Positions 36,891 to 48,200 of a stretch of DNA of 53,829 nucleotides are shown here, one piece after another. The notes beneath the pieces are model-generated. The model worked only from the letters and a program-made list of their open reading frames with translations. It was not told the origin of the DNA and made no database searches. Every line of letters begins with the position of its first letter. Positions within the stretch are counted from its first letter, which is position 1. The position numbers and the translations under genes were made by a program. The stretch comes from a virus (Duplodnaviria > Caudoviricetes): the IMG/VR virus record IMGVR_UViG_3300002989_000005, positions 1-53,829 of that record; one strand, given 5' to 3'.

Positions 36891-37421
36891 CTATTCATTA
36901 AGCAATATAATTTTTTTATAGTTGGATTCATATGATTTTGCAGTTTGTTTTTCATTCCATTTATTTATAAAATCAATAAGTTCTCCAAGGTTTACTGCAT
37001 CATCATCATACTCAAAATCCTCATACATGTCTTCACTAGAACTTTCTAAAGCACTATCTATATCTATTGTAAAAGGTATTTCATTACATCCATAACACCA
37101 TTTTGGTAATGTTAAACCTTCATCTTTATAATAGTCATTTAGTTCATCTACATCAGAAAAATATCTATCTGCATTATCGTCATATAACCATTCTAAACCA
37201 TGTTCACTATATTTAATTTTTGTACCATTTAGAAAATGTTCCGCTGATAAACAAGTATCGCAAATTGTTCTACTTTTATCCACATGACCGCCACAAACTC
37301 TACAATTAGAAACTTCAACTTTCACCTCTTTACAACAATTGTCAGCACTTATTTTATTCAAATATGCGACACCACACTTTTCACATTTCCACGCTTTAAT
37401 TTCTTTTGACATGTTTACCAT
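36891..37421 (-). CDS. Cys-rich hypothetical phage protein
   Basis: Several CxxC motifs; AGGAG RBS. Confidence 0.75.
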   Translation of the reverse strand: MVNMSKEIKAWKCEKCGVAYLNKISADNCCKEVKVEVSNCRVCGGHVDKSRTICDTCLSAEHFLNGTKIKYSEHGLEWLYDDNADRYFSDVDELNDYYKDEGLTLPKWCYGCNEIPFTIDIDSALESSSEDMYEDFEYDDDAVNLGELIDFINKWNEKQTAKSYESNYKKIILLNE

Positions 37422-37590
37422 CTCCTTAAATTTTGTTTCCGAATATTCTCAGATTCCATAGCTCTAAATATTTAACATTTTATATACTTAATCTGCATAT
37501 ATTAATTACTGGCACTGGTAAGTGTTAGGGCCCTCTTCTTTTTTATATTTTACAGATTTCCAATATAAATAAGAAGGGAGGTGAAGTCTA

Positions 37591-37722
37591 TTGAAAAATG
37601 ATGAACACTATATAATAGTTAACATCCAATTTTCGATAAAGTTCGATTTTATAAAATTGAATATATTGGATATTTTCACACTGTCAAAGGCAGTTTATAA
37701 ATTAATATCTAATTTATTATAA
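37591..37722 (+). CDS. 43-aa peptide opposite to the early operon (not in ORF track)
   Basis: AGGGAGGTGA RBS, TTG start, MKNDEHYIIVNIQFSIKFDFIKLNILDIFTLSKAVYKLISNLL. Confidence 0.55.
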   Translation: MKNDEHYIIVNIQFSIKFDFIKLNILDIFTLSKAVYKLISNLL

Positions 37723-37776
37723 TTTTTGAGAATTCTTAACATTAAAACTGGTGTCAACAATTTCTCAAACTCTGCA

Positions 37777-40119
37777 CTAATCCTTAACAAAAGGATTGTA
37801 AACATTATTGCATTCAGTTATATTTACTTGATGATCTTTATCTAATAATCCAATACCCTTCCAGTACAGCCCACCGCTAGCTCTACCTTTCTCAAATTCC
37901 TTTTCAATCATTTTCTTGGAAAACTTATTCACAGATAACGTATATTCTTTGTTTTCTTTACACCAAATCTCATAAGTTTTGAACAAATCGGACACATTTA
38001 CCCTCACGGTTTCACTGGATGCCACTATGCACTCGTCACCTATAAATCGCTGTATAGGATCCGAATCAACTCTATATTCATCCACACTCGCTTTAACAAC
38101 ATCTGGAATATGTTCGCCCTCTTGCTGCCATTTCAAACAACCTTCTATCGCCCAGTTAAGTATTCCGCTCATTTCAGGCATTAGTTTATTTTCAAAGAAA
38201 TTTACGTCCTTATCTTCCTCAGTAAATTTATATTTAAAAGGAATTTTTCTAACTCTTCGCCAAATACCCTCATCGTCGTTATTAATTTTCGGCATATGAT
38301 TAGTTGACATCCAGAGTTTGAAAGTTGGTTTCAAGTTGAAACTTGACTCATATAAATTTCTGACCTTAACAGTTTCATCAGCACCACTTGTTAAACTTTT
38401 CAATAGTCCTTCATCAAAGGACTTGGACCCTTTCATCTCATTTACATTTACAAACCTTTTTCCTATTAATCCTGCGATTTCTTCTCTGGTGCCTTCATCT
38501 CCTATTTTCTCCATTAAACTTTTAGAGTCTAAGCTATCGGCATAATCTCCCATGAACCTCATAATAGTTTTTATAAAGGTACCTTTACCATTTGCTCCAT
38601 TACCGTGAAGTATATAAAAACACTGTAAATTTGCATCACCGGTCATAGAGTAACCAATGCTTTTTTGAATATAACTAATTAACTCCTGGTCCCCCATAAA
38701 TATTTTTTCAATAAATCCTATCCAATTTGGACACTGAATCTCTGGATCATACTCTACGTTTACAACCTTTGTTATAAAGTTTCTCCTATCATGTTTTTCT
38801 AACAGCCCAGTTTTAAGGTTTAAGGTGCCATTCTTTATGTTTAATAAGTAATTATTTTTATCAGTTTCAGTTATAATTACGCTGTTTTGTGTCATTGCCT
38901 GATTAATCATAGCCTTTATTTTTCCATCAGATTCACTTCTAAGGACATATTTTTTAATAGAATCTTTTAACTTTTCTTTTTTTGCTTGTTCATCATAAGG
39001 CAAGCCTTCTAGGGATATACCATCACCCTCTGCCTGTAATTTTCTTATTACTTTTCTAGCTAGGCCTTCAATCTTACCCACAAAATCAAGCTCCCAGTGT
39101 TTGCTAGACCACAGTAACCAACTTTTACGGACTGGATTATATCTAATGTTTTTACCGTAGACGGCCATTAATCTTTCAGCATTACCAACATCGCTGAAAT
39201 TATAATTAACAAGACTCTCCTCAGCGGCATCATCATACTCATATATTGATGTAGAATTTATCATTTCTTCTATCTCGTCTTTACCATTACCAGCTATAAT
39301 GAAATCTGTAATATCTTCTTTATCTAGAACACCTGGTATCTCCGGACGTTTAACATATTCGGCAACCTCATGAAGCTCTTGCGCAATATAATTTGCATGT
39401 GCTATACCTGGATCGTCATTATCATTAAAAATTACGACCTTGGCTCCTTTGAAAACTATATTATAAGATTTTTTCCATTTAGGTTTTTGTCTGCTAGTTG
39501 ATGCTCCATCAAAGTTACAACAACAAGGGAACCCTAATGCAGTAAGGTTGTCCGCATCTTTTTCACCTTCTGCAATATAGACTTCCTCCCCTGCAGCTAT
39601 AGCCTTTAAAATTAGGGGAAGATTATATATCACTGGTTCGCAACCTTCAAATTCTTTTTTTACCGGGTTTATTTTCTTACCTAAATTTTTCGTCCATTCA
39701 TTGCTACCTGGATAAGTTTCGTAATGCATTCCGTCTTCTAATCCCCAGACTATGGCATCACCTATTTTTCTTCTCTGAGTAAAGTTTTTCTTTTTTTCTT
39801 CAGTAGCCTTGAACCTCACTTTTTCAAATAAAACATCACCATTACTACTTTTATATTGGTATATTCTTTCAAATCTATTATCATAATCACCTTCAGGTAA
39901 TGGTCTATCAAATAAATCACTCATCTTTAGTCCTGCTGCTTCTAGTATTTCACCAATGTCGCATCCGGCATGACAGCTCATGACAGTTTTGCCCTCTCTA
40001 TCGTCATGCCAAATCGACAAACTAGCTTCCTTATCTGGATGCGCAGGACAAATAGCTATATATCCTTTGCCTTTCTTCTTTACGTTTTTAAACTTAGATA
40101 AGATAATGCTAAAGTCCAT
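37777..40119 (-). CDS. Primase-helicase (Zn-binding, TOPRIM, D5/SF3 helicase; P4-like)
   Basis: CPAH.D...SL..CHAGC, EGEKD, DNDDPG, G.GANGKGT, TNH.P...D.GIWRR. Confidence 0.92.
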   Translation of the reverse strand: MDFSIILSKFKNVKKKGKGYIAICPAHPDKEASLSIWHDDREGKTVMSCHAGCDIGEILEAAGLKMSDLFDRPLPEGDYDNRFERIYQYKSSNGDVLFEKVRFKATEEKKKNFTQRRKIGDAIVWGLEDGMHYETYPGSNEWTKNLGKKINPVKKEFEGCEPVIYNLPLILKAIAAGEEVYIAEGEKDADNLTALGFPCCCNFDGASTSRQKPKWKKSYNIVFKGAKVVIFNDNDDPGIAHANYIAQELHEVAEYVKRPEIPGVLDKEDITDFIIAGNGKDEIEEMINSTSIYEYDDAAEESLVNYNFSDVGNAERLMAVYGKNIRYNPVRKSWLLWSSKHWELDFVGKIEGLARKVIRKLQAEGDGISLEGLPYDEQAKKEKLKDSIKKYVLRSESDGKIKAMINQAMTQNSVIITETDKNNYLLNIKNGTLNLKTGLLEKHDRRNFITKVVNVEYDPEIQCPNWIGFIEKIFMGDQELISYIQKSIGYSMTGDANLQCFYILHGNGANGKGTFIKTIMRFMGDYADSLDSKSLMEKIGDEGTREEIAGLIGKRFVNVNEMKGSKSFDEGLLKSLTSGADETVKVRNLYESSFNLKPTFKLWMSTNHMPKINNDDEGIWRRVRKIPFKYKFTEEDKDVNFFENKLMPEMSGILNWAIEGCLKWQQEGEHIPDVVKASVDEYRVDSDPIQRFIGDECIVASSETVRVNVSDLFKTYEIWCKENKEYTLSVNKFSKKMIEKEFEKGRASGGLYWKGIGLLDKDHQVNITECNNVYNPFVKD

Positions 40120-40133
40120 GCGCTACCACCTTT

Positions 40134-40781
40134 CTACACTTTTGTTCGAGTTTCTATGAAACCCTTGTGGACTAATATATTTCTAATACCATACTTCAAA
40201 GTATTGTATATCTCACTGCCTGCAAATTCTTTGCCTATCGGTCTTATGACTGCATTAAATTCAGCTTCTACTCCCTTAAGTCTTTTATAAAGGGTTGCAG
40301 GTTCATAATGAGACCTATAGTTTCCTTTTCTTATATTTTCATCGAACCTTTCATCTTCTAGTAGTATGAAAAATTTGATATCATATTTATTTAATGCTGT
40401 AAGCTCTTGTTTCATTCTGTTGTAGTCGGTTTTTAAAACCTTGGCTAGATATTTTTCTCCAAATAAATCAATTATTTCTTGATTGATTTCATTTATATTG
40501 GTCTTATTGTCCTTTAAATTCATGGCCAACTCATCTATGCAAAATTTCCTTTCTATTACCAATTCATCCGTAAAATAAATATCTCTAGTTTGTCCCATAA
40601 AGCTTCCCAAAGGGAGATAGCAACCGTAATCACCATAGTCAAGTTTTTGTACTTTATACTTTTTTTTGCTTTTATTGAACCAATCAATAATATGATCATT
40701 CGCTTGTTCACGCGTATCTACTAGAACGACCATGTTTTTCAATAATTCATTTACTTCTTTATCCGTGAATTTATAGTGCAA
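40134..40781 (-). CDS. ERCC4/XPF-family nuclease
   Basis: VDTREQ, L.YGDY, IERK..DEL. Confidence 0.88.
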   Translation of the reverse strand: MHYKFTDKEVNELLKNMVVLVDTREQANDHIIDWFNKSKKKYKVQKLDYGDYGCYLPLGSFMGQTRDIYFTDELVIERKFCIDELAMNLKDNKTNINEINQEIIDLFGEKYLAKVLKTDYNRMKQELTALNKYDIKFFILLEDERFDENIRKGNYRSHYEPATLYKRLKGVEAEFNAVIRPIGKEFAGSEIYNTLKYGIRNILVHKGFIETRTKV

Positions 40782-40800
40782 AACTATCCCTCCTTATTTT

Positions 40801-41223
40801 TTAAAATGGAATGTCCCCATTATCTATAGGTGTTGCATCATTACCCCAATCATGATCTCCAGCATTTGGTTTCTCCCCCTGAGTATTATTTGTACCAGTT
40901 ACTTTATCACCCCACTCAAGGAAATCAACTTCATCAGCAATCACTTCAGTGACATATCTTCGAGTGCCATCTTTAGCCTCATAATTTCTTGTCTGAATAC
41001 CTCCTGAAACTCCAACTAGTTTACCCTTTGTTACATAGTTTGCAGTAGCCTCTGCAGTTTTCCCAAATACTACTACTGGTATGAAGTCCGCTTCGGGTTG
41101 CCCCTCTCTTTTAAATCTTCTATTTATTGCAATAGTGAATGTTGCTACTGCGGTTCCTGTTCCCTGTGCAAATTTTAACTCTGGATTCTTCGTCAATCTT
41201 CCAACTAAAGCAACTTTATTCAA
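40801..41223 (-). CDS. ssb: Single-stranded DNA-binding protein
   Basis: NKV.LVGRLT..PEL...ADFI..V.F.K.AE...DIPF. Confidence 0.95.
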   Translation of the reverse strand: MNKVALVGRLTKNPELKFAQGTGTAVATFTIAINRRFKREGQPEADFIPVVVFGKTAEATANYVTKGKLVGVSGGIQTRNYEAKDGTRRYVTEVIADEVDFLEWGDKVTGTNNTQGEKPNAGDHDWGNDATPIDNGDIPF

Positions 41224-41298
41224 TTTTCAATTCCCCCTTTATTTTCAAACTTTTCTATTACCAAATAGGTTCCGTGAACTGTGATTTTAGTTCCTAAT

Positions 41299-41487
41299 TT
41301 AATGTGTTTTTTCATCAACCGTATCCGTTGCTTGAAGGTCTTGAACTGTTCGACTATTACAATCTGCAATTTCTTCACCATCCTTAGGTACTGGAATATC
41401 ATGATCACAATTTTGACATTTCCAAGCTCTTGAACTATCGGCTGAATACCATCGCGTGAAGCAATGAGGACATATTCTTTTCTGCAT
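41299..41487 (-). CDS. Small Zn-ribbon protein
   Basis: CPHC...WYSA....W.CQNC; coupled to the upstream stop codon. Confidence 0.7.
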   Translation of the reverse strand: MQKRICPHCFTRWYSADSSRAWKCQNCDHDIPVPKDGEEIADCNSRTVQDLQATDTVDEKTH

Positions 41488-42428
41488 TATAGACGCTCAT
41501 TCATTTTGCTTATTAAGTTTGAAATAGCATTTTTACATTTCTCATGCATCTCAGGGTAATCCTTTTTTATTTCATCCATTACTTCTAATTCATTTCTAAA
41601 AATATTTTGAAGTTCATCAAAGTAGATTTTAAATTTAATAACCGGCTGAGTAGTATTTTGGCTTGTCTTATTCCTGAGTTCTTCAAGTTCTTTTTGAACC
41701 TCCTCAGGTATTTTCTCAATTATTACTGGCTCAGCTGTTATAACATCGATGGGCTTAGCTTTTAACTGAGATTCAAGTTCATCAATTTTGCGTGCTGAAC
41801 TATCTAAATCGCCTTGTATTTCTTTAAGTGATTCCTGGAGACTTACAACCTCTTCATCATTTCCAGCAGCTTTCGCTTCTCCAATGAAACTTTGAAGCTT
41901 TGCAATTTCATCACTTGATTTCTTTTTTTCTTCTTTTAGCGAATCCTTAAGTTTTTTTATATTCTCTTTAGCTGCTTCTTTCGATTCTCTTAGAAGATTA
42001 TCAACAATAAACTTTTCGTCTCCTGCCTTTTTTAATGCATTTGAATATGCCTCTTTTTCATTTAAGGCTTTATCCCTATCTTTTATTGCTTGTTGCAATT
42101 CTCTTGTTGAAATATTCTCAACATCATTCTCTTTTACAAAGGTTTCTCTCTCCCCAGATGGAACGTCTAAGAGTAAAAACAATTTGTTTGTACCCAAATT
42201 CCAACCCGCATTGGAATTTGAATATTCTTCTGATATTTTCATAAACTTTCTAGCAGTTTCTTGGCTAAATTCTACTTTATTTTTTAAGTAATTTCCCCAT
42301 TCTCCATGGGCTAAGCTTTCTTTTACAGATATAAGTCTTTTGCCAATTTCTATTATATTTTGAGCCGTCTGTTGCTTTAAAATTAATATTTCAACGGTTA
42401 ACGTATCTATGTTTTGAATTTCATTCAT
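41487..42428 (-). CDS. DUF3102-domain coiled-coil protein
   Basis: IIEIGKRL..VKE.L.HGEW..YL...VEFS..TA..FM. Confidence 0.85.
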   Translation of the reverse strand: MNEIQNIDTLTVEILILKQQTAQNIIEIGKRLISVKESLAHGEWGNYLKNKVEFSQETARKFMKISEEYSNSNAGWNLGTNKLFLLLDVPSGERETFVKENDVENISTRELQQAIKDRDKALNEKEAYSNALKKAGDEKFIVDNLLRESKEAAKENIKKLKDSLKEEKKKSSDEIAKLQSFIGEAKAAGNDEEVVSLQESLKEIQGDLDSSARKIDELESQLKAKPIDVITAEPVIIEKIPEEVQKELEELRNKTSQNTTQPVIKFKIYFDELQNIFRNELEVMDEIKKDYPEMHEKCKNAISNLISKMNERL

Positions 42429-42447
42429 AATACTTCCTCCTCATAAT

Positions 42448-44391
42448 TTAAGCTGGAATGGATATCTTATTTTGGCTTCTTACTTTTTTCTTAGTTAATA
42501 TTTTAGCTTTAAAAACTTTAACAAATTCATCTAAATATTTACTTTTAAACTTATTGTCATAACCCTGAACTTGAATAACAACATCTTTTTCGATTTCCAT
42601 AGTAGCAAATGGCATATCCGGATTTTCAATATTACGTATTAATAGTAAGACTATTTGTCCTTTTGAATATTTAGTCATATATCTCTGATTGTAATCCCCG
42701 ACGCAATGTTTAAGAGCTTTGCCTTCCCTAATCAATTCTTTTGTACTTGAGGCAGGTCTAATCATTAACCCATTATGTTCGAAGCAATATTTCTCTAGTA
42801 ATGGTAGCCTTTCGCTTATCTTACAATCCATTAATGCATCTGCTTCTGACTCTATTCTTGCAATCATTTCTTGATGGGATTTATGCAACTCTTTGGGGAA
42901 AAGTACACGATCATCTTCAAAATTCATTTCGAGTGTTTCACAACCGTTTAGGTAGTCTCTCCAAGTTCTTATAATATTGGACATATGCTCATCTGCGTGG
43001 TATTGTTTTTCAAGATAATTAATTGCCCTTTCAAACGATGTATGCTTGGTTACCTCTTCGAGACAACCATAGTTCGTGCCATACTTTCTGACCCAATTTA
43101 AAATATGTTCTGTAAATGTCTGTCCTTCCTTCTTGGCTTCTCTGTATTCTTTTAGTTCGCTCCCCTTGATATTTACTTTTTGAAGAAAAGTAATGTCACC
43201 CTTTCCAACGCCCAAAATTTCTATGATGTTTTTACCGTTTAATTTCACTTCATTTGAACTAACCCCATATCGGGTTAAAGATTCATTGACTAGATTAAAT
43301 AATGAAAGTTTTGTGAGATACTCAATTGATGGATATTCAAGGTACCTATCCAAGTACGCCAATACATTGAATAGACCTGCATGAGTTGCATAAGCACCTA
43401 TTGCGCTATATTTCCATGGAGTATCCACTAATAGTGATTCAAGGCCTTTTGTATATAAAAAATAGCTTCTAATTATTCTGTTGTTTTTCAATCGGTGCCA
43501 ACTTGGAGCCTCCCAACCGCTAGGCCTATACGCACTTTTCCATTCAAACATAAAAATAGTTTTATTTTTAATTACATATCTTGCTTCTTCGTAGTACCTA
43601 GTTTCCGGATTTTTATAATGATCAGAGTAATTCCTATATATTGTGAAGCATCTTACGATTATCGCTCCTTCTAATTTTCCTTCGCCCTTTTCAATAATGG
43701 CCATTGATGAATCGTCGCTAACGTGCTTAGATTTCCCTATAGCCTTAAACATGATTTTGCTTTTGCACCTTGGACATTGTCCGCGTAGATTATGTTTGGC
43801 TTCTAACACTTGAACATCCGAATTACAAACAGTGCACCGTCCATTTACTTTTTTCTTATCGCGCTTATAATAAATATATCTACTCGAAAGGAGAGGAACT
43901 TCATTGATCCATTTATCAATGTCCTTTGGTAATTTTTTAATTTGCGCCATAACAGCTGATGTCTGCATCTTAATTTGGTCATGACGCTTGTTGTTCTTGT
44001 TAAGTCTCACTTCCTTTTGAAAATCCTCTAATGCAGATAATGTATCAGACGCACCATTTTTAAAAAATTCGCCTCCACACGTTTCAGAGTCATCATCTGC
44101 CATCATTATCGATTGTCGTTGCCAACCCCAATCAAGCAAACTATCCAACATACAAGTTGACCATTTCTCTTCTTGGATTTTATCTGTAATAAAATCTCTT
44201 CTATTCGCAAACACTCGGAATTCAGGTTTTTTATTTTTGGTACTAAAAAATGTAACGGTTAATATTTCCTCTCCCAATTCACGTTCTTTGGTTACCCTCG
44301 CAATAGCAACATATTTGATACCACTTCTTTTAGTTTTTATGGGTTCAGGATATTCCTCAACCGGTATCATACTTAATTTTACCTTTTGCAT
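42448..44391 (-). CDS. PcfJ-domain protein
   Basis: DY......L......LFPK.L...H, EL.REG..L.HCVG.Y, R....P..PF.T.E, Q..G..N. Confidence 0.88.
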   Translation of the reverse strand: MQKVKLSMIPVEEYPEPIKTKRSGIKYVAIARVTKERELGEEILTVTFFSTKNKKPEFRVFANRRDFITDKIQEEKWSTCMLDSLLDWGWQRQSIMMADDDSETCGGEFFKNGASDTLSALEDFQKEVRLNKNNKRHDQIKMQTSAVMAQIKKLPKDIDKWINEVPLLSSRYIYYKRDKKKVNGRCTVCNSDVQVLEAKHNLRGQCPRCKSKIMFKAIGKSKHVSDDSSMAIIEKGEGKLEGAIIVRCFTIYRNYSDHYKNPETRYYEEARYVIKNKTIFMFEWKSAYRPSGWEAPSWHRLKNNRIIRSYFLYTKGLESLLVDTPWKYSAIGAYATHAGLFNVLAYLDRYLEYPSIEYLTKLSLFNLVNESLTRYGVSSNEVKLNGKNIIEILGVGKGDITFLQKVNIKGSELKEYREAKKEGQTFTEHILNWVRKYGTNYGCLEEVTKHTSFERAINYLEKQYHADEHMSNIIRTWRDYLNGCETLEMNFEDDRVLFPKELHKSHQEMIARIESEADALMDCKISERLPLLEKYCFEHNGLMIRPASSTKELIREGKALKHCVGDYNQRYMTKYSKGQIVLLLIRNIENPDMPFATMEIEKDVVIQVQGYDNKFKSKYLDEFVKVFKAKILTKKKVRSQNKISIPA

Positions 44392-44402
44392 ATCTCTTCC
44401 CC

Positions 44403-44774
44403 CTAAAAATCAAGTTCAACGTTAAATTCAACGTTTGGCTTTTTTTCTTTAATTGTAGGTACTTCCACTATAGTTTCATTGACCTTAGACGCTGGATTCA
44501 TAATGGTTGATTCAATTCCGAAATACTTTAGTACTATTCCAAAACCTTCTTGATCTGTTAGAGTCGCATGATTACCAACTTTCTTTTTTGCAGCAACTTT
44601 GCTCATTTCCTCGAAACTTTTACCGATTGTTTTCCCCTCCTGCATAATCTTTTCTGCATTGCTATGATTGTTCTGAAGGTGCTGGAGAAGAAAGTCTCCG
44701 ACAACCTGAATACAAGGATCATTTTTGCTACTAGCTATTTCAGTTTTTATTTTTTCAATTGCTTTTTCTAACAT
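44403..44774 (-). CDS. PcfK/AcrIIA9-like protein
   Basis: KT......M...A.K........LTD.E.F..V..YF; directly upstream of the PcfJ gene. Confidence 0.65.
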   Translation of the reverse strand: MLEKAIEKIKTEIASSKNDPCIQVVGDFLLQHLQNNHSNAEKIMQEGKTIGKSFEEMSKVAAKKKVGNHATLTDQEGFGIVLKYFGIESTIMNPASKVNETIVEVPTIKEKKPNVEFNVELDF

Positions 44775-44776
44775 TA

Positions 44777-45271
44777 TTAATTACCTCCAATAATATTTAA
44801 TCTTGCAAATTCTCCGAATAATTCAAGGGCTTTTGTATTATAAATTATTGCTGCCTTTTCCTCGGATTCATGCAGCCCTAGGTATATGTTTTCACCATCC
44901 TTACAGATATTAACTTGCCATTTCTTACGTCTTATGTGCCACGCTACACCTTTGTACTTTGAAGATGTATTCTTATGCGATTTTGTGTTGAAACAATTTT
45001 TCTGATTTGTTGTTATCCTAAGTTTAGATTTTCTATTATCTAAACCATTCCCATTGATATGGTCAACTATTTCTCCTAATTTTGCATGCATAATTTCTCT
45101 ATGCATCTTAACTCCCGTTCTTTTGTGAGCGCTAATTTGAACGTTCCTTTTAGCGTAAAAAGTTGAACCATTTTTCTTTTTATCTGCATACCATTTAAAT
45201 TGATTTAATCTTTCATAGTCTTCATCATCTACTAATGCCACCTGTCCTTGCGTTAAAAGAATTTCTCTCAT
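44777..45271 (-). CDS. HNH-AP2 homing-type endonuclease
   Basis: MHR.I...VDHINGNGLDNR...LR; SS.YKGV.W...W...I....YLG....E.AA..Y. Confidence 0.9.
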   Translation of the reverse strand: MREILLTQGQVALVDDEDYERLNQFKWYADKKKNGSTFYAKRNVQISAHKRTGVKMHREIMHAKLGEIVDHINGNGLDNRKSKLRITTNQKNCFNTKSHKNTSSKYKGVAWHIRRKKWQVNICKDGENIYLGLHESEEKAAIIYNTKALELFGEFARLNIIGGN

Positions 45272-45282
45272 ATCAATTGCCC

Positions 45283-48200
45283 CTAACCATTAAAAATAAT
45301 CTTGCTACCTTGATCCCCGGTGTCTATTACTTCAATAAGCTGAGGAAATCTTGCTTTGAAAGCAGGATCATGAGAAATTGACAATATTCTCATTTCCGGG
45401 TAATTTACATGTATAGTTTCCAACGCATCGCAATAGGCTTGTACTCCTTCTCCATCCAAGAATGGACATTCATCAATGAACATCATGGCTAATCGTATTC
45501 CCACTCTATTGGCTTTCAAATCAGCTAGACTAAATGCTACAGCAAGTGAAACTTTTACTTTCTGTCCACCGGACCTACTTAGATATGGCATGGTGCCTCT
45601 TTGATAATCAGAAATCCAAATTTCTAATACGTTAATTTCTTTACCACTTTTTAATGACTTATCCATCCTCATTTCAATGGACATTTTGCCACCAGTCATT
45701 TGGCTTAGTATTTCATTCGCCTGTGCACTAAGTTCTGGAACCACACTTCTAACGATTTGGAAAGGTATCCCATCGATAGAAAAAGCTCTTACTAATAAAT
45801 TGTTTTTTATAGTCATTGAAGCAACTCCTGCGAGCTTTACTACTTTGGATTCTTTTTCAGTTTCAATCAGTATTAATTCATCAATCTTTGATAAATCAAC
45901 CCTTATCAAAACCTCAATGTTTGTTAACTCATTTTTGTAGCTTTTAATTGCATTCTCTTTTGCAGAAACATCACTATCCGTAATAGCTACAATTTCCATT
46001 TCATCAGCTAAACGGTCTCTATCAACTGTTAAATGAAAAACATCAGCTTCCTTAACTGTTATTTCTTTGTCCAATACATCTAATCTTTCATTTGTAGTTG
46101 TTAATAATTGCTTAGCTATAGGTAATTCATCCTTACCCTTGTACCAATGTTCTAGCGTTGGCATTGCCTGTTCTAAAGTTGGCAACTCTGAAATCTCTGC
46201 TTGGAGCACTTTATATTCATCCTCTAAAGTCACTAGTTTTGTTTCTAAACTCTCTAGCTTTTTTCTAAGTTCAGCCTGTATCTCTAGTTCATTTTTTAAC
46301 ATTTCATCTTTACCTGAAAGACTTAATAACTGTTCTTTTTTCTTTCTTATTTCTATAACTTTTTTACCAGTGCTTTCATGTACCACAGGGCTATAGTCAT
46401 GAGCCATTACCTTTTCAGATATTATTCTATGCGTTTTACTAATTGCAATAAATGCATTAAAATCAATTGATTCACAATCCTTCTTATCATTTTCTAATCC
46501 TTCAATTTTATTTTTAGATTCCATTGCATCTTTAAGAAAATTGCATGTAGGCTTTTCAATGAGGCAATTACTATTTTCAATTAGTTCAGCTTTCTTTTTA
46601 CAACTATTTAATTCCGATTCTATTTTCTCCCACTTATTCTCATAGTTTTTCTGAGCCATTTTATGTTCTTGGAATGCCTTTGATTGCTCCTGTTCCAAAG
46701 ATAACAATTCAAGCTTTGCTTTATCCATTACCCCTAACTCTTTCTCTAATGTTTCAAGTGAATCTACCGCTAATTGCAAAACTTCTTTATTTTTCAAGTC
46801 AACCCTTAGAGTATTTATCTTCCTATCATTTACTATTGTCTCGACTCCAGTCTTCTTTATATCTAAACTTACAGAAACAACCTCAGACTGTTTATTGTTA
46901 ACCAAAGTCTGTCTAGCCTTAAGCATTGTTATTTTGTCTTTAGTGGTCTCATATTCACTAATTTTAAGAAGTATAGTTTCCTCTTTATCAACTACCTTTT
47001 GAGCCTTTTCTTTATCTAGAGTAAGTTTTATTTTTTCAGTACTCCTAACTCCAATATCTGTAGTAATTGATATAATTTTCTCTGTTAAAATTTTTAATTC
47101 AAACTGAATATCTTTTAGCTTTTCAAGTTGAGATTTAAGCTCTTTCAACTGTTCCTCTTCCTTTAAAATTGATTGAAACATCATTACTTTTTCAGAATTA
47201 TTGCCTTTTAAACTTTCCTCATACACTGCTTTTGTACTTAATTTTTGGTCCAATGAAGCAATCTCATTTTTAAGGGTATCAACCTTTTTATTTTGTATTT
47301 TCAATTCTGCCTTAGCGAGATCATTCAGTTTGTCATAAATTCCTAAACCAAGGATATTTCCCAATACTTGCATACGATCCGCTTTGTCAGCTTCTAAAAA
47401 TACACCGTAATTATCTTGCATAATCAGAGCACAACTCTTAAATGTTAGAGCATCCATCCCAAGTAGATTTAATATTTTGGTCTGGGTTAGAGTTTTGTTA
47501 TCCTCACTAAAATCTTTCCATTCAGTTTCTACATATCTTTGAAGTGCCAATGTAGTTTTTCCTGACTTAACTCGAGTTCTTATAACCCTCCATTTATCTG
47601 CGCCCATTAGGAATTCAAAGGTCATAGCACCACTTTTTACAGTATCTCCGTTACTTATCCATCCAGTAAGCTCACCCTCACGAGGCTCTTCATACAAACA
47701 ATCTGCTATTGCATCCATAAAAAATGAGCTCTTACCTATCCCATTAGGACCATTTACAGTGGCAAAACTTATCTTAGTAAAGTCAAATTCCTCCTGCAGA
47801 TAACTTCTATAATTCTTAACCTCTAATCGTAATGGCTCAAATACTCCACTCAATTTTCCAGTTGGAAGGGATGCACTCACAGTTGTAATCATCGGTCTTG
47901 ATAGTTCCAAAATATCTTTTATATCATCTTCAGGTACCTCTTTCTTAAGTAGCCATAATTTCAAATTATCCTCTACGGTATCATTTTCATTCAATGCATT
48001 TTTATCTACTGTGACCAAGATTTTCTCCGGTCTTATTTCACTTACATAAAAAGCTCCTGCTGCGTACAATGCTTTCTCTAAACTTTTCCTGCTAAACTGC
48101 TTATTCAATTCATCACTGCAGCTATAAATAACTCTGATTATTTTATTCTTAATTAATTCTAAGTTAGCCCATGAATTTTCACATAATCCATTATTGAGGA

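Noticed and set aside
41220-41408. 62-aa minus-strand ORF
   Set aside because: Largely overlaps the Zn-ribbon gene; at most a short C-terminal part is real.
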